A stretch of 64,000 nt of DNA, from the IMG/VR virus record IMGVR_UViG_3300044856_000216, positions 64,001 through 128,000 of that record; one strand, written 5' to 3'. Numbering within the stretch: the first letter of the stretch is position 1; each line of letters starts with the position of its first letter. The translations under genes were made by a program, and so were the position numbers. Positions 63,646 to 64,000 of this stretch are shown in pieces. The notes beneath the pieces were generated by a model. The model saw nothing but the letters and a program-made list of their open reading frames with translations, was not told the DNA's origin and made no database searches. The stretch comes from a virus.

Positions 63646-63933
63646 ATGGTAAAAAATGACGTATTAAGAAATGTAGCAGGTAAGTTAGAAGGATGTTCTC
63701 AGAAAGACGTAGAAGCTGTTCTCTCAGCTTATGCAGAGGTTGTAATTGAGACTCTTACAAATGATAAGACAGAGAAAGTTCCTCTGATTGGAATTGGAAA
63801 CTTTACCGCAAAGCATGTAGATGAGAAATCTGGTATTGTTCAGCTTGGTGAAAACAAGGGTTCTACATGGCATAAAGATGCCGAGGATCAGTTAGCATTT
63901 AAGATTTCTAAGTCAGTAAAGACACTTGCATAA
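63646..63933 (+). CDS. HU-family DNA-binding protein
   Basis: VLRNVAGKLEGCSQKDVEAVLSAYAEVVIETL...VPLIGIGNFTAKHV follows the HU pattern; AAAGGAG upstream. Confidence 0.8.
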   Translation: MVKNDVLRNVAGKLEGCSQKDVEAVLSAYAEVVIETLTNDKTEKVPLIGIGNFTAKHVDEKSGIVQLGENKGSTWHKDAEDQLAFKISKSVKTLA

Positions 63934-64000
63934 TCTGAAAGGTCGTGAATTGTTTGAAGAAGAAAAATAAATATGAAGACATTCAGATGGTTGATCTTGA

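Noticed and set aside
1-64000. CRISPR arrays, rRNA genes, transposase/IS elements
   Set aside because: I saw no regularly spaced direct repeats of CRISPR type, no rRNA-like sequence and no transposase motifs. The only mobile elements noted are the group II intron, the GIY-YIG gene and the integrase block.

Overview
The window looks like part of a large, AT-rich phage or prophage genome from a low-GC Firmicute. That assignment is an inference from gene content and composition. From about 80 to 46,000 there is an almost gap-free leftward array of more than 100 mostly tiny ORFs. From 47,582 onward the genes run rightward. The two blocks diverge from a 1.5-kb non-coding region that carries a DnaA-box cluster and a G-depleted repeat tract.

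Recognisable leftward genes:
- an RNA-end/nucleotide module: a DHH phosphoesterase, a CCA-adding enzyme and a second nucleotidyltransferase
- a DUF262 protein and two other ParB/Srx-type proteins
- a sigma-70-family factor
- a tyrosine integrase with two XRE regulators, next to tRNA-Gln
- toxin genes: two MazF/PemK toxins (one paired with a RelB/DinJ antitoxin) and a HicA-like toxin
- a class-C (IIC) group II intron sitting just behind a terminator

Recognisable rightward genes:
- a GIY-YIG endonuclease
- a 955-aa YonO/RdRP-like two-barrel RNA polymerase with an HU-like neighbour
- tRNA-Met and tRNA-Lys flanking an ~830-nt GNRA-rich non-coding stretch
- a beta-CASP MBL nuclease, a ClpP-like protease, a metallophosphoesterase and a second HU

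Odd signals worth a second look:
- three truncated tRNA-like elements
- three conserved-domain genes that seem to need AUH (AUA/AUU/AUC) start codons
- a CUU-UGA +1 shift in the DHH gene
- conserved intergenic elements

All functional calls come from motif recognition by eye. No searches were run, and RNA ends are accurate to within a few nt.
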